From NCBI GenBank assembly GCA_963780735.1, contig CAWADB010000012.1:69354-133353 (forward strand): a DNA stretch of 64,000 nucleotides, given 5' to 3'. Below the pieces are notes generated by a model. The model had not been told where the DNA came from. It did not search any database and saw nothing but the letters and a program-made list of their open reading frames with translations. Source of the stretch: an uncultured Bacteroidales bacterium. GTDB lineage: Bacteria; Bacteroidota; Bacteroidia; Bacteroidales; VadinHA17. Each line of letters begins with the position of its first letter. Position 1 is the stretch's first letter. Positions 1 through 10,435 of the stretch are shown here, piece after piece. The position numbers and the translations under genes were made by a program.

Positions 1-48
1 GGCGGTTATATACCGGCCGATAAAAGGATGTTTATAAACGCCGTATTC

Positions 49-1491
49 TCAGTCAACGTCTACGGCACCGTACTGGGCAGAAAGCACTGAAGCACAATCC
101 TTTATCATTTCCCAGGCATTCAGCACATGCCGTTCTGCCACGGTGGTCTGAGCGGTGACCATACGCAGCACATAACGTCCGGCAACGGTTGTGTGAGTAA
201 GATAAATCCTGCCGGTGTCGTTAAGTGTGTGATTGATCTTTTCATTCAGCCTGTTCGCCTTTTCAATGCTCATTCCTTCGGGCCGGAAGTAAAAGCATAC
301 GGTATTAAGATTCACCGGCGCCACCACCGTGAAATTCTTTTCAGCTTCAATCAGTCCTGCCAGCATCTTCGCCAGCCTGATGTGTTCCCTGATCATTTCC
401 TGAAGCCGTTCGACGCCGTATGTGCGTATTACAGCCCACAGTTTCAGTGCCCTGAAACGCCTGCCGAGGGGTATTCCCCAGTCGCGGTAGTCATTGACCA
501 GCCCTCTTGTTCGGGTTTTCAGATACTCGGGGAGTATTTCAAAGGTGCGTATCAGTGAGGCAGCGTCACGGACAAAGTACGCCGAGCAGTCAAAATTGGT
601 AAACATCCATTTGTGCGGATTGAATACCAGGGAATCAACATACTCCATTCCGTCAGCCATCCACCGCATTTCAGGCAGCAGCAGGGCCGTGCCGCCGATG
701 GCGGCGTCGACATGCAGCCAGATTTTCTTTTCACGGCATATTTCGCCCACAGAGCGCAACGGGTCAATGGCAGTCGTACCTGTTGTACCCATCGTTGCCA
801 CCACGCAACAGGGTATATATCCTGCTGACAGATCCTGGTCAACGGCGATTCTCAGGGCATCAGTATCAATTGAATAATCATCCTTCACCGGCACTCTTAC
901 AATATTCTCCCTGCCGATGCCCGCCACCCCTGCACCTTTGTCAACAGATGAGTGAGCCTGGGCTGAACAGTAGACACGCAGTCTGCCGCCGGCAGAGAGT
1001 CCTTCTTTGTTTGAAGCGTGCCCTGTCACCTTCTCCCGGGCAGTAATGATGGCTGCCAGCGTGGCAGATGAAGCGCTGTCCTGTATCACCCCTTCGAAAT
1101 ATGATGGCAGACCTGTCATCTCACGGAGCCACTCCATCATACGCTCTTCGAGTTCGGCGGCGGCAGGAGAGGTCTCCCATATCATGCACTGCGCGCCAAG
1201 GGCTGCAGTAAGCATCTCGGCAAGTACAGACGGAGGACTTGAATTAGCGGGGAAATAGGCAAAGAAATTAGGGCTCTGCCAGTGCGTTATGCCCGGCATG
1301 ATTATCTCATCAAAGTCTTTCAGGAAGAGATCGAAAGATTCGCTGCCCGTGGGAGGTACCGGCGGAAGAGCCTCTTTAACAGAGCCGGGCGTTGATTTCG
1401 ATTTAACCGGGTACTGTTCAATATTCTCGTAGTACCGGGCGATCCATTCGACAATCTCGTGGCCGTATTTCCGGAACTCGTTGCTGTCCAT
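49..1491 (-). CDS. PLP-dependent group II decarboxylase (aromatic-L-amino-acid / tyrosine decarboxylase-like)
   Basis: 480 aa. It has the 'FNPHKW' PLP-lysine motif and the overall DDC/TDC-like sequence 'HWQSPNFFAYFP'. The start ATG overlaps the atpC stop (TGATG). Confidence 0.85.
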   Translation of the reverse strand: MDSNEFRKYGHEIVEWIARYYENIEQYPVKSKSTPGSVKEALPPVPPTGSESFDLFLKDFDEIIMPGITHWQSPNFFAYFPANSSPPSVLAEMLTAALGAQCMIWETSPAAAELEERMMEWLREMTGLPSYFEGVIQDSASSATLAAIITAREKVTGHASNKEGLSAGGRLRVYCSAQAHSSVDKGAGVAGIGRENIVRVPVKDDYSIDTDALRIAVDQDLSAGYIPCCVVATMGTTGTTAIDPLRSVGEICREKKIWLHVDAAIGGTALLLPEMRWMADGMEYVDSLVFNPHKWMFTNFDCSAYFVRDAASLIRTFEILPEYLKTRTRGLVNDYRDWGIPLGRRFRALKLWAVIRTYGVERLQEMIREHIRLAKMLAGLIEAEKNFTVVAPVNLNTVCFYFRPEGMSIEKANRLNEKINHTLNDTGRIYLTHTTVAGRYVLRMVTAQTTVAERHVLNAWEMIKDCASVLSAQYGAVDVD

Positions 1492-1748
1492 CAGCTCCGG
1501 CTTTCTGAGACCGAATCGGCGAGAAGGATGATCCTGTTCTTTTTCACCTCGATGACACCGCCGGTAATTTCGTATCTGATCACAAGTCCTTTTTCGTCTT
1601 CGATGATTACGGGGCCGTGATCGAGGGTTGAAATGATTGGGGCATGGTCCTTCAGTACCTGGAAGGATCCCTTTTTCCCGGGTACTCTGACTGAGAGTAT
1701 TTCTCCGGAATAAACTTTACTGCCCGGTGTGATAATTTCAATTTTCAC
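1491..1748 (-). CDS. atpC: F1 ATP synthase epsilon subunit, short form with only the N-terminal beta-sandwich
   Basis: 85 aa, lying 18 nt downstream of atpD. The epsilon-like N-terminal domain reads 'ITPGSKVYSGEI..VRVPGKKGSFQVLKDHAPIIS'. Confidence 0.85.
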   Translation of the reverse strand: MKIEIITPGSKVYSGEILSVRVPGKKGSFQVLKDHAPIISTLDHGPVIIEDEKGLVIRYEITGGVIEVKKNRIILLADSVSESRS

Positions 1749-1766
1749 GTCTGCTCACATTTGGCC

Positions 1767-3284
<1,518 letters not shown>

Positions 3285-3331
3285 TTAAATATATTTCAGT
3301 GTCCTCTTAATATTTCATTCAGTGAATCTGT

Positions 3332-4306
3332 TCATCTAATTCTTCCGATCAGGTTCACTGCCAGTTGTTTGATCTCTTTCTTCCGTTCAGCCTGCACTGA
3401 TACCTGATCAAGAAAACCGAAAGCCTTGTTAAAATACTCATACGCCAGATTCTCGGCCTGGAGTTGTATCTCGAGGTCGTCATAGATGGCTTTCACGCCC
3501 CTTATTTTCTCTTCAGGGTCAGGGTCCTTCTCTTCAATCAGTTTTCTGAGATCGCGAAGTTTTCCGCCGCCAGCCATCTCAAGAGCCTTTACCAGGAGGT
3601 AAGTCTTTTTGTTGGTGACGATGTCGCTGCCGGTTTTTTTGCCAAACATCTTTGCGTCGCCGTAAGTATCGAGCACATCATCCTGTATCTGGAAAGCTAT
3701 TCCCAGGCAGCGTCCGAATTCATAAAGAAGATCCTGATCTTTCTCTGAAGCTTCGCCTATGATGGCTCCGGTCTTAAGTGAAGCTGCCACCAGGACAGCA
3801 GTCTTAAGCTCTATCATTCTCATGTATTCGGCTTCGGAGACCAGCGCTTTCTTCTCATAGTCGATGTCAAGCTGCTGTCCGGTACATACCTCTATGGCGG
3901 TACGGTTAAAGAGCTTCAGTGTCTTTGCCAGCACCTTCTCCGGCGCCTGGCCGATGCATTCCGTTGCCACAAAGGCCATCACGTCACCTGACAGGATAGC
4001 CTGCTCTGTGCCAAACTTTGAATGCACTGTGGAAGAACCCCTCCTCATGCCGGCCTTGTCAATAATATCATCATGTATCAGGGTAAAATTGTGAAACACC
4101 TCGATACCGACAGCCGGCATCACGGCCTCATCTATTTTATCCTTGAAAAGATTGCAGGCAAGAAGGCACATGACCGGCCTTACCCTCTTGCCGCCCAGTG
4201 CCATTATATATCTCACAGGGGCAAATAGCTTCTCAGCTTCGGGCGTGAAGCCCAGGTTGGTGATAGCCTTGTCTGAAAGTTCCCTGAGGTATTCGCTGTT
4301 GAACAT
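3332..4306 (-). CDS. Polyprenyl diphosphate synthase (short-chain, FPP/GGPP-synthase-like)
   Basis: 324 aa. It has the two Asp-rich motifs 'IHDDIID' and 'IQDDVLD' and the typical 'GKRVRP' box. Confidence 0.9.
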   Translation of the reverse strand: MFNSEYLRELSDKAITNLGFTPEAEKLFAPVRYIMALGGKRVRPVMCLLACNLFKDKIDEAVMPAVGIEVFHNFTLIHDDIIDKAGMRRGSSTVHSKFGTEQAILSGDVMAFVATECIGQAPEKVLAKTLKLFNRTAIEVCTGQQLDIDYEKKALVSEAEYMRMIELKTAVLVAASLKTGAIIGEASEKDQDLLYEFGRCLGIAFQIQDDVLDTYGDAKMFGKKTGSDIVTNKKTYLLVKALEMAGGGKLRDLRKLIEEKDPDPEEKIRGVKAIYDDLEIQLQAENLAYEYFNKAFGFLDQVSVQAERKKEIKQLAVNLIGRIR

Positions 4307-4317
4307 TTCTTAATTTA

Positions 4318-5205
4318 TTATCCTTTAAGTGCTTCTGCACCGCTGACTACTTCCAGCAGCTGGTTGGTGATCGAAGCCTGTCTGGCATTGTTATACTGCA
4401 GGGTAAGATCTTTGATAAGCTCTGTGGCGTTATCTGTAGCCTGATGCATTGCTGTCATGCGGGCGCCATGCTCCGCAGCAAATGAATCAAGCAGGGCCCT
4501 GTAAAACTGAATGCGCAGTGTTTTTGGTATCAGTTCGCTGACAATACTCACCTGGTCAGGTTCATAAATATAATCTGTCAGCACTGAGCCTGCCTTGCCG
4601 GCGGGGGCAGTCGATACAGGAAGATAAACCTCTTCAGTGAGCTTCTGCACGGCGGCATTCCTGAACTGGTTGTAAATGATCTCTATTCTGTCGTACTCTT
4701 TTGTGAGCCAGAGGTTCATCAGTCTGTCGGCTATCAGTTTGGCCTTGTCGAATGTGAGGCCCAGATACAGATCATTATGTTCCTCGAGAATATTGCATTT
4801 CAGCTTTTTTACAGCATCGTATCCCTTCTTCCCGACAGGCATGAACCAGAGGTCTCCCCTGCGAAACTCTTCGCTGTACTTCTCCTGCATCAGGCGTCTG
4901 ACGTCCCTGATTACATTGGCATTGAAACCGCCGCAGAGGCCCTTGTTTGAGGTAACCACTACAAGCAGCACCCGTCCGCGGCCGTTTTTTCTTTCAGCAA
5001 AAAGGTTTTCAGTCTCGGTATCACGGAGGGCCGTATTGAGCCCGATCAGTATCTCATTAAGCTTATCCGCATAGGGCCTTAACTGCACTATGGCGTCCTG
5101 TGCCTTACGCAGTTTGGCTGCCGCTACCATCTTCATTGCAGAAGTGATCTGGCGGGTGGATTTCACCGAACTGAGTCTGACCCTTATTGCCTTGAGATTA
5201 GCCAT
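4318..5205 (-). CDS. atpG: F1 ATP synthase gamma subunit
   Basis: 295 aa. The N-terminus 'ANLKAIRVRLSSVKSTRQITSAMKMVAAAKLRKAQ' and C-terminus 'ARQASITNQLLEVVSGAEAL' are typical of gamma. Confidence 0.92.
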   Translation of the reverse strand: MANLKAIRVRLSSVKSTRQITSAMKMVAAAKLRKAQDAIVQLRPYADKLNEILIGLNTALRDTETENLFAERKNGRGRVLLVVVTSNKGLCGGFNANVIRDVRRLMQEKYSEEFRRGDLWFMPVGKKGYDAVKKLKCNILEEHNDLYLGLTFDKAKLIADRLMNLWLTKEYDRIEIIYNQFRNAAVQKLTEEVYLPVSTAPAGKAGSVLTDYIYEPDQVSIVSELIPKTLRIQFYRALLDSFAAEHGARMTAMHQATDNATELIKDLTLQYNNARQASITNQLLEVVSGAEALKG

Positions 5206-5229
5206 CTTCCTTTACTGATTTTCAGCTTA

Positions 5230-6813
5230 TCACGACTTAAAACGGCTTACCACATCAGCGGCCGCGCTGTTAAGCACACTGATAACATCATCATTGATAA
5301 CCCCCTGCTTTATTGTTTCGAGCGTATCGCTGTGATGATCCCTCAGGAAATCGATATAGTCCTTTTCAAAAGCCCTTACCTTTTGTACCGGAATATCCTT
5401 CAGAAGTGCATTTGTTCCGCAGTAGATTATGGCCACCTGCTCCTCAACCTTTACCGGTGAATACTGGTTCTGTTTAAGTATCTCCACGTTCTTTGCGCCT
5501 TTGTCAAGAACAGCGAGGGTAGATGCATCGAGGTCAGAGCCGAACTTTGAAAAGGCCTCAAGCTCACGGTACTGTGCCTGGTCAACCTTCAGGGTGCCGG
5601 CTATCTTTTTCATTGACTTGATCTGAGCGTTACCACCCACCCTGGATACCGATATACCAACGTTGATAGCCGGTCTTATACCTGCATTGAAAAGACTTGA
5701 CTCAAGGAATATCTGTCCGTCAGTGATCGAGATCACGTTTGTGGGAATATAGGCTGCCACGTCACCTGCCTGTGTCTCAATAATGGGCAGCGCTGTCAGG
5801 GAGCCTCCCCCCTTTACAAGGTGGCGGATTGATTCGGGTATGTCATTCATTGCCCGGGCCACTTCATCTGATTCAATGATCTTTGCAGCCCTCTCAAGGA
5901 GGCGTGAGTGCAGATAGAAGACGTCGCCGGGATAGGCTTCGCGGCCAGGCGGACGACGCAGCAGGAGTGATACTTCGCGGTAAGAAACAGCCTGTTTTGA
6001 CAGGTCGTCATAAATAATCAGTGCATCGCGGCCGGAATCGCGGAAGAACTCCCCGATGGCAGCCCCGGCAAAAGGAGCGTAAAACTGTGCGGCAGCGGAG
6101 TCGGCGGCAGTGGCACTTACAATAACCGTATAGTCCATTGCACCATAGGTTTCAAGCGTGCTGGCTATGTTTGCCACTGTTGATCCCTTCTGCCCGATTG
6201 CAACGTAAATACAATATACGGGTTTGCCTTTTTCGTACTCGCTTTTCTGGTTTATGATTGTGTCAATTGCAATAGCGGTTTTGCCTGTCTGGCGGTCGCC
6301 GATGATAAGCTCACGTTGCCCTCTTCCGATGGGTATCATTGCATCTATTGCCTTCAGGCCTGTCTGCACCGGCTTTTTAACAGGCTGCCTGAAGATTACG
6401 CCCGGGGCTTTTCTCTCAAAAGGCATCTCATACAGCTCACCCGTAACCGGTCCCTTGCCGTCGATGGGTTCGCCCGTAGTGTTGATGACCCGGCCCAGGA
6501 GGCCCTCTCCCACCATTATTGAAGAGATCCTGCCAGTCCTGCGGGCTATATCACCCTCCTTGATCCTGTCAGAGGCACCAAGGATAACAACTCCGACATT
6601 GTCTTCCTCGAGGTTGAGGACGATGGCCTTGATGCCGGTTTCGACAAATTCGATAAGCTCGTTCGACCCGACGTTCCTGAGGCCGTAAATATGTGCGATC
6701 CCGTCTCCGACCTGCAGTACCGTTCCTACTTCCTCGACATCGATGGCAGTAGTGACACCCTCAAGCTGTTGCTTTAAAATCTTTGATACCTCTGAAGGTT
6801 TAATATTAGTCAT
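5230..6813 (-). CDS. atpA: F1 ATP synthase alpha subunit
   Basis: Walker A 'GDRQTGKT' is present. The ORF track starts at a TTG at 6834 that abuts the atpH stop. I prefer the ATG at 6813 (MTNIKPSEV...). Confidence 0.95.
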   Translation of the reverse strand: MTNIKPSEVSKILKQQLEGVTTAIDVEEVGTVLQVGDGIAHIYGLRNVGSNELIEFVETGIKAIVLNLEEDNVGVVILGASDRIKEGDIARRTGRISSIMVGEGLLGRVINTTGEPIDGKGPVTGELYEMPFERKAPGVIFRQPVKKPVQTGLKAIDAMIPIGRGQRELIIGDRQTGKTAIAIDTIINQKSEYEKGKPVYCIYVAIGQKGSTVANIASTLETYGAMDYTVIVSATAADSAAAQFYAPFAGAAIGEFFRDSGRDALIIYDDLSKQAVSYREVSLLLRRPPGREAYPGDVFYLHSRLLERAAKIIESDEVARAMNDIPESIRHLVKGGGSLTALPIIETQAGDVAAYIPTNVISITDGQIFLESSLFNAGIRPAINVGISVSRVGGNAQIKSMKKIAGTLKVDQAQYRELEAFSKFGSDLDASTLAVLDKGAKNVEILKQNQYSPVKVEEQVAIIYCGTNALLKDIPVQKVRAFEKDYIDFLRDHHSDTLETIKQGVINDDVISVLNSAAADVVSRFKS

Positions 6814-6834
6814 ATCATTAAATCTTATATACAA

Positions 6835-7383
6835 TCATTCGGCATATCCTGCCAGTGAAAATTCCTTTCTGAATCTGTTCAGCCTGGTCCTTACGCTTGC
6901 GTCAATATAAGCATCGTCGACCCTGATGATGAAACCACCCATGACAGAGCTGTCAACCTGTTCAATGAACTCGACAGTGCCATTGCTTACCCCGGTGACC
7001 ACCGCCCCCAGTTCCTCCTTGATTTTACCGCTTACAGGCACGGCGGTGGTAATTGTAACCTGTCGTATTCCCCGGTGACGGCGGGTGAGGTCAAGATAGT
7101 TTCTTGCCGCTGCACCAAGATAATCACCGCGGCCGTGGTTAAACATAAGTTCAATAAACTTTACGGTCAGCTTATTTATACCGTCACCTGCAAGAGCAAC
7201 AATGATTTCGTTTCTTTTTTTCTGTGGAATTACCGGGTTGCTTATAATTTCCTTCACCTCCGGCATCGCACACATGCGGTCAATAACTTTCATATCCTCA
7301 TACAGAGCGTCAATGGACTTCTGCTCCCCGGCAAGGTCAAAAAGGGCCTTTGCATATCTTACCGCTATCTTGCTGTTGTTCAT
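6835..7383 (-). CDS. atpH: F1 ATP synthase delta (OSCP) subunit
   Basis: 182 aa. It sits between atpF and atpA and has the OSCP-like start 'IAVRYAKALFDLA'. Confidence 0.8.
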   Translation of the reverse strand: MNNSKIAVRYAKALFDLAGEQKSIDALYEDMKVIDRMCAMPEVKEIISNPVIPQKKRNEIIVALAGDGINKLTVKFIELMFNHGRGDYLGAAARNYLDLTRRHRGIRQVTITTAVPVSGKIKEELGAVVTGVSNGTVEFIEQVDSSVMGGFIIRVDDAYIDASVRTRLNRFRKEFSLAGYAE

Positions 7384-7388
7384 CAGGA

Positions 7389-7901
7389 TCAGTTACTGGT
7401 TGTTTCGATCTCCTTCAGGTATCTTCCGATCAGTTTTTGCTGTTCAGCATCGTTCTTAAGGGTTTCGCTTACCACTTTTGACGCCACCTCAATTGCCAGT
7501 CCTGCCACTTCACGCTTAACTTCAGCAATGGCTGAATTTTTTTCACGTTCAATGAGCTCCATGGCGCGTTTAACCATTGCGTCTGCCTCCGACTGACTCT
7601 TCTCCTTGGCTTCTGTGAGCATTCTCTCGGTGGCAGTGCGGGCATCGCGGATAATTTTATCTCTCTCCTCGCGGGCTTTCCGAAGAATTATTTCATTATC
7701 CGCCTGGAGCACCTTCATTTCTTCGCGGGCTTTTTCTGCTGAATCAAGGGAATTACGGATCGTCTCTTCCCGTGACCTGACGGCCTTCATGATCGGTCCC
7801 CACGCAAACTTCTGAAGCAAAAGCAGCAGAAGGAGGAAGATCAGTGTGGTCCAGAAAACTGTTCCGATGGCGGGGCTTGCCAGACTGCTTGATAGTAACA
7901 T
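7389..7901 (-). CDS. atpF: Fo ATP synthase b subunit
   Basis: One N-terminal TM segment followed by a long charged helix. The track's TTG start (7940) lies inside the 7933-7955 hairpin, so I prefer the ATG at 7901. Confidence 0.8.
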   Translation of the reverse strand: MLLSSSLASPAIGTVFWTTLIFLLLLLLLQKFAWGPIMKAVRSREETIRNSLDSAEKAREEMKVLQADNEIILRKAREERDKIIRDARTATERMLTEAKEKSQSEADAMVKRAMELIEREKNSAIAEVKREVAGLAIEVASKVVSETLKNDAEQQKLIGRYLKEIETTSN

Positions 7902-7932
7902 ATTTCGTTTTTCTTTGTGATTACTGAGTAAG

Positions 7933-7955
7933 GCCTGCAACCAACCGTTGCAGGC
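7933..7955 (-). promoter_or_regulatory. Intercistronic stem-loop between atpE and atpF (9-bp GC-rich stem, 5-nt loop, no U-tract)
   Basis: On the plus strand the sequence reads GCCTGCAAC-caacc-GTTGCAGGC, a perfect 9-bp inverted repeat. It begins 14 nt after the atpE stop. Confidence 0.5.
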
Positions 7956-7968
7956 TTTGCTGTTCTGC

Positions 7969-8187
<219 letters not shown>

Positions 8188-8221
8188 TTAAGTTGAATAA
8201 AATGAATTACTATTATATGTT

Positions 8222-9298
8222 TTAATGATGTTCCTCTTCCGCTGTTGCCATGCCTATAAAGAGAGCCGACAGCAAGGTGAAAACGTATGCCTGCAAAAAC
8301 GCCACCAGCAGCTCAATACAGTCCATGAACAACACAAACAGGACTGATGCCGGGGCTACAATTAAAGACTTGAAAATAAAGATCAGCGATACCAGGCTGA
8401 GTACTATTATATGACCTGCGGTGATATTGGCAAAGAGACGTACCATGAGTGCAAAAGGCTTGGAAATAAGCCCTATAAGTTCTATAGGAATCATTATTGG
8501 CAGCAGCCATACCGGCACGCCGGGTGCTGCAAAAACATGTTTCCAATGCGATTTGTTGGCGCTTAACTGGGTTATCAGAAAAGTGCATAAAGCAAGAACG
8601 AAGGTCACGTTGATGTTGCCTGTCACATTGGATCCGAACGGGAAAATCGGAATCAGCCCCAGGAGATTATTAATGAGGATAAAGAAAAATACAGTCAGCA
8701 GGTAAGGCATGAAACGGGCGTACTTTTTCTCTCCGATGTTTGGCAATGCAATATCATCCCTGACAAAGAGAATGACCGGCTCCATAAATCCCTGAATGCC
8801 TCTGGGCGCTGCGACGCCGCTCTTCCTGTATGATCTTGCTGTGGCAAGCATCAGAAGGAGAAGTACGATGGCAGCCACCATCATTCCGAACACGGCCTTG
8901 GTAATTGAAAAATCAAGCGGAATGCTGGTTTCATCGGGATGGCCAGCTGCATCGAGGCGCACTATCCTGCCTTCATATTTTCCTTCGTGGGCCAGTGCAA
9001 AGCCATCATAGTCATGACCGTGGGCAATTTTCTTCGATGAGAAGAGATGCAGGCCGGTACCCTTGTCGTAGAGTATTACCGGCAGGTAAATCGCAACTGC
9101 GGAGCCGTCTTTATTTGTCCAGAGATGCCATTCATGAGAGTCGGCAACATGGTCCAGGATAAACGTACTTGCGTCAAATGCCTCGCCTTTATCGGCGGGG
9201 TGATTCTGTTTTCCTTTTTCGTCTGCGGCCTGGGCATGCATAGTGCCGGCCATAAATCCAAACAAAAAGATCAATAAATATATATACCTGATTTTCAA
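8222..9298 (-). CDS. atpB: Fo ATP synthase a subunit
   Basis: 358 aa. It has a signal-like N-terminus, an extended N-terminal domain, and the conserved 'RLFANITAGH' arginine motif. Confidence 0.92.
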   Translation of the reverse strand: MKIRYIYLLIFLFGFMAGTMHAQAADEKGKQNHPADKGEAFDASTFILDHVADSHEWHLWTNKDGSAVAIYLPVILYDKGTGLHLFSSKKIAHGHDYDGFALAHEGKYEGRIVRLDAAGHPDETSIPLDFSITKAVFGMMVAAIVLLLLMLATARSYRKSGVAAPRGIQGFMEPVILFVRDDIALPNIGEKKYARFMPYLLTVFFFILINNLLGLIPIFPFGSNVTGNINVTFVLALCTFLITQLSANKSHWKHVFAAPGVPVWLLPIMIPIELIGLISKPFALMVRLFANITAGHIIVLSLVSLIFIFKSLIVAPASVLFVLFMDCIELLVAFLQAYVFTLLSALFIGMATAEEEHH

Positions 9299-9309
9299 GC
9301 TACCTGTCT

Positions 9310-9702
9310 TTAAACCGACTTCCTTTTAGCGATCCTGAAAAAAGTAAGAAATATATAAAAAGTGAAAACCAAATATAGGATAAAAAACAATATTACCGAA
9401 CCGGTTTCTTTGTTTTTAAAGACCACAATAAATAACAGAGCCAGAACAAATGACAGCAGCATTTTGACACCAATAGCAATCAGCGTGGTGAACACTCTTT
9501 TTTCCCCGCTTCCTTCCGTTCCGTGGAAAAAGATTACCAGGGCTGCCATTGAGATAATGGCAAATCCGCCGGTAAGCAGCAGGATATTATTAACCGGGAA
9601 AAATGAAGGTGAAATTTTGTTCAGGCCCGAGAGCAGCAGAAAGATCACAAGGGCAAAGGCCAGAAGTAAAATATAGTGTTTTATTGCCCTGTGCGTTATC
9701 AT
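9310..9702 (-). CDS. Small four-TM membrane protein of unknown function in the atp operon leader
   Basis: About 130 aa of purely hydrophobic helices. The ATG at 9702 lies 2 nt after the stop of the AtpZ-like gene. No family was recognised by eye. Confidence 0.5.
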   Translation of the reverse strand: MITHRAIKHYILLLAFALVIFLLLSGLNKISPSFFPVNNILLLTGGFAIISMAALVIFFHGTEGSGEKRVFTTLIAIGVKMLLSFVLALLFIVVFKNKETGSVILFFILYLVFTFYIFLTFFRIAKRKSV

Positions 9703-9704
9703 TA

Positions 9705-9953
9705 CTATTTGTTCCTGACAGCTTCCTTTATTATGAGCCACATGGCTGCAGCCACGCCGAGCAGGGAGAGTATGACCGTGAATACCGGTTTCGTGCCGGC
9801 CAGCTTATCAAGTTTAACTCCTCCCAGGGATGTAATAACTATTATCACCACCATCTGGATGGCGATGGTAGTGTATTTTGAATAAGCCGAAAGGCCTTCC
9901 TCCGGATTATTTTTCTCCTTCTTTTGATTTGATTGCCGGTCCGCCATTGTCAC
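9705..9953 (-). CDS. AtpZ/AtpI-like small membrane protein
   Basis: 82 aa. A basic N-terminus is followed by two TM helices ('YSKYTTIAIQMVVIIVITSLGGVKLD'), in the position upstream of atpB. Confidence 0.6.
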   Translation of the reverse strand: MTMADRQSNQKKEKNNPEEGLSAYSKYTTIAIQMVVIIVITSLGGVKLDKLAGTKPVFTVILSLLGVAAAMWLIIKEAVRNK

Positions 9954-10305
9954 CGTCCTTCATTGTGCAGTTACCGGTAAAGAGGGCTCCGGGTTCAATC
10001 GAAAGCTTGCTGGTAACGATTGTACCATTGATTTTTGAGGAAGCCTTCAGGTTAAGCAATTGTGTCACGGTTAATTTACCGTCTATCAGTCCTGACACCT
10101 CTGAATTTTTACATTCGACTTCGCCTTTCACCCGACCGGTGGGTCCGATAACCACCTTTCCCTTGGTTACCATGTTACCATTCAGGGTGCCGTCAATTCG
10201 AATATCGCCAACGGATTTTATGTCGCCGGTAATTTCGGTACCCTGACTTATAAGGTTAACTGCAGCACTGTTATCTGTCTCGTTCATTTTTGCCATAGTA
10301 ATCAT
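9907..10305 (-). CDS. Bactofilin (polymer-forming cytoskeletal protein, DUF583)
   Basis: 132 aa with the beta-helix repeat pattern 'ITGDIKSVGDIRIDGTLNGNMVTKGKVVIGPTGRVKGEVEC...'. Confidence 0.8.
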   Translation of the reverse strand: MITMAKMNETDNSAAVNLISQGTEITGDIKSVGDIRIDGTLNGNMVTKGKVVIGPTGRVKGEVECKNSEVSGLIDGKLTVTQLLNLKASSKINGTIVTSKLSIEPGALFTGNCTMKDGDNGGPAIKSKEGEK

Positions 10306-10352
10306 TGTTAATTCCCCGGAAAGCGTAGCATACTACGTCCCTTTATTAACCC

Positions 10353-10360
10353 ACAAATAT
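10353..10360 (-). promoter_or_regulatory. Candidate Bacteroidota -7 promoter box (TATATTTG) for the bactofilin/atp operon
   Basis: Exact match to TAnnTTTG on the minus strand, 48 nt upstream of the bactofilin ATG, in the only sizeable gap upstream of the operon. Confidence 0.4.
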
Positions 10361-10435
10361 ATAAAGTATTGTGTACCTCCGACAAAAATAGAATTTTTTA
10401 ACAGGCACAGAGGCAGGATGCTGCTTCTCTGTTTA

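Noticed and set aside
6814-6834. N-terminal extensions in the ORF track. Affected genes: atpA 6834, atpF 7940, plsX 12465, yceD 13274, the LiaF-like gene at 13260, yidD 16682, pepE 28921, the C_GCAxxG gene 40973, crp 43091, the PHP gene 43078, mntP 46455, hemD 50147, rnpA 50942, moaE 53526, fadD 57126 and lspA 58830
   Set aside because: Several use TTG, overlap upstream genes, terminators, hairpins or -7 boxes, and encode non-homologous leader peptides. In each case an internal ATG matches the family N-terminus, so I used the shorter coordinates.
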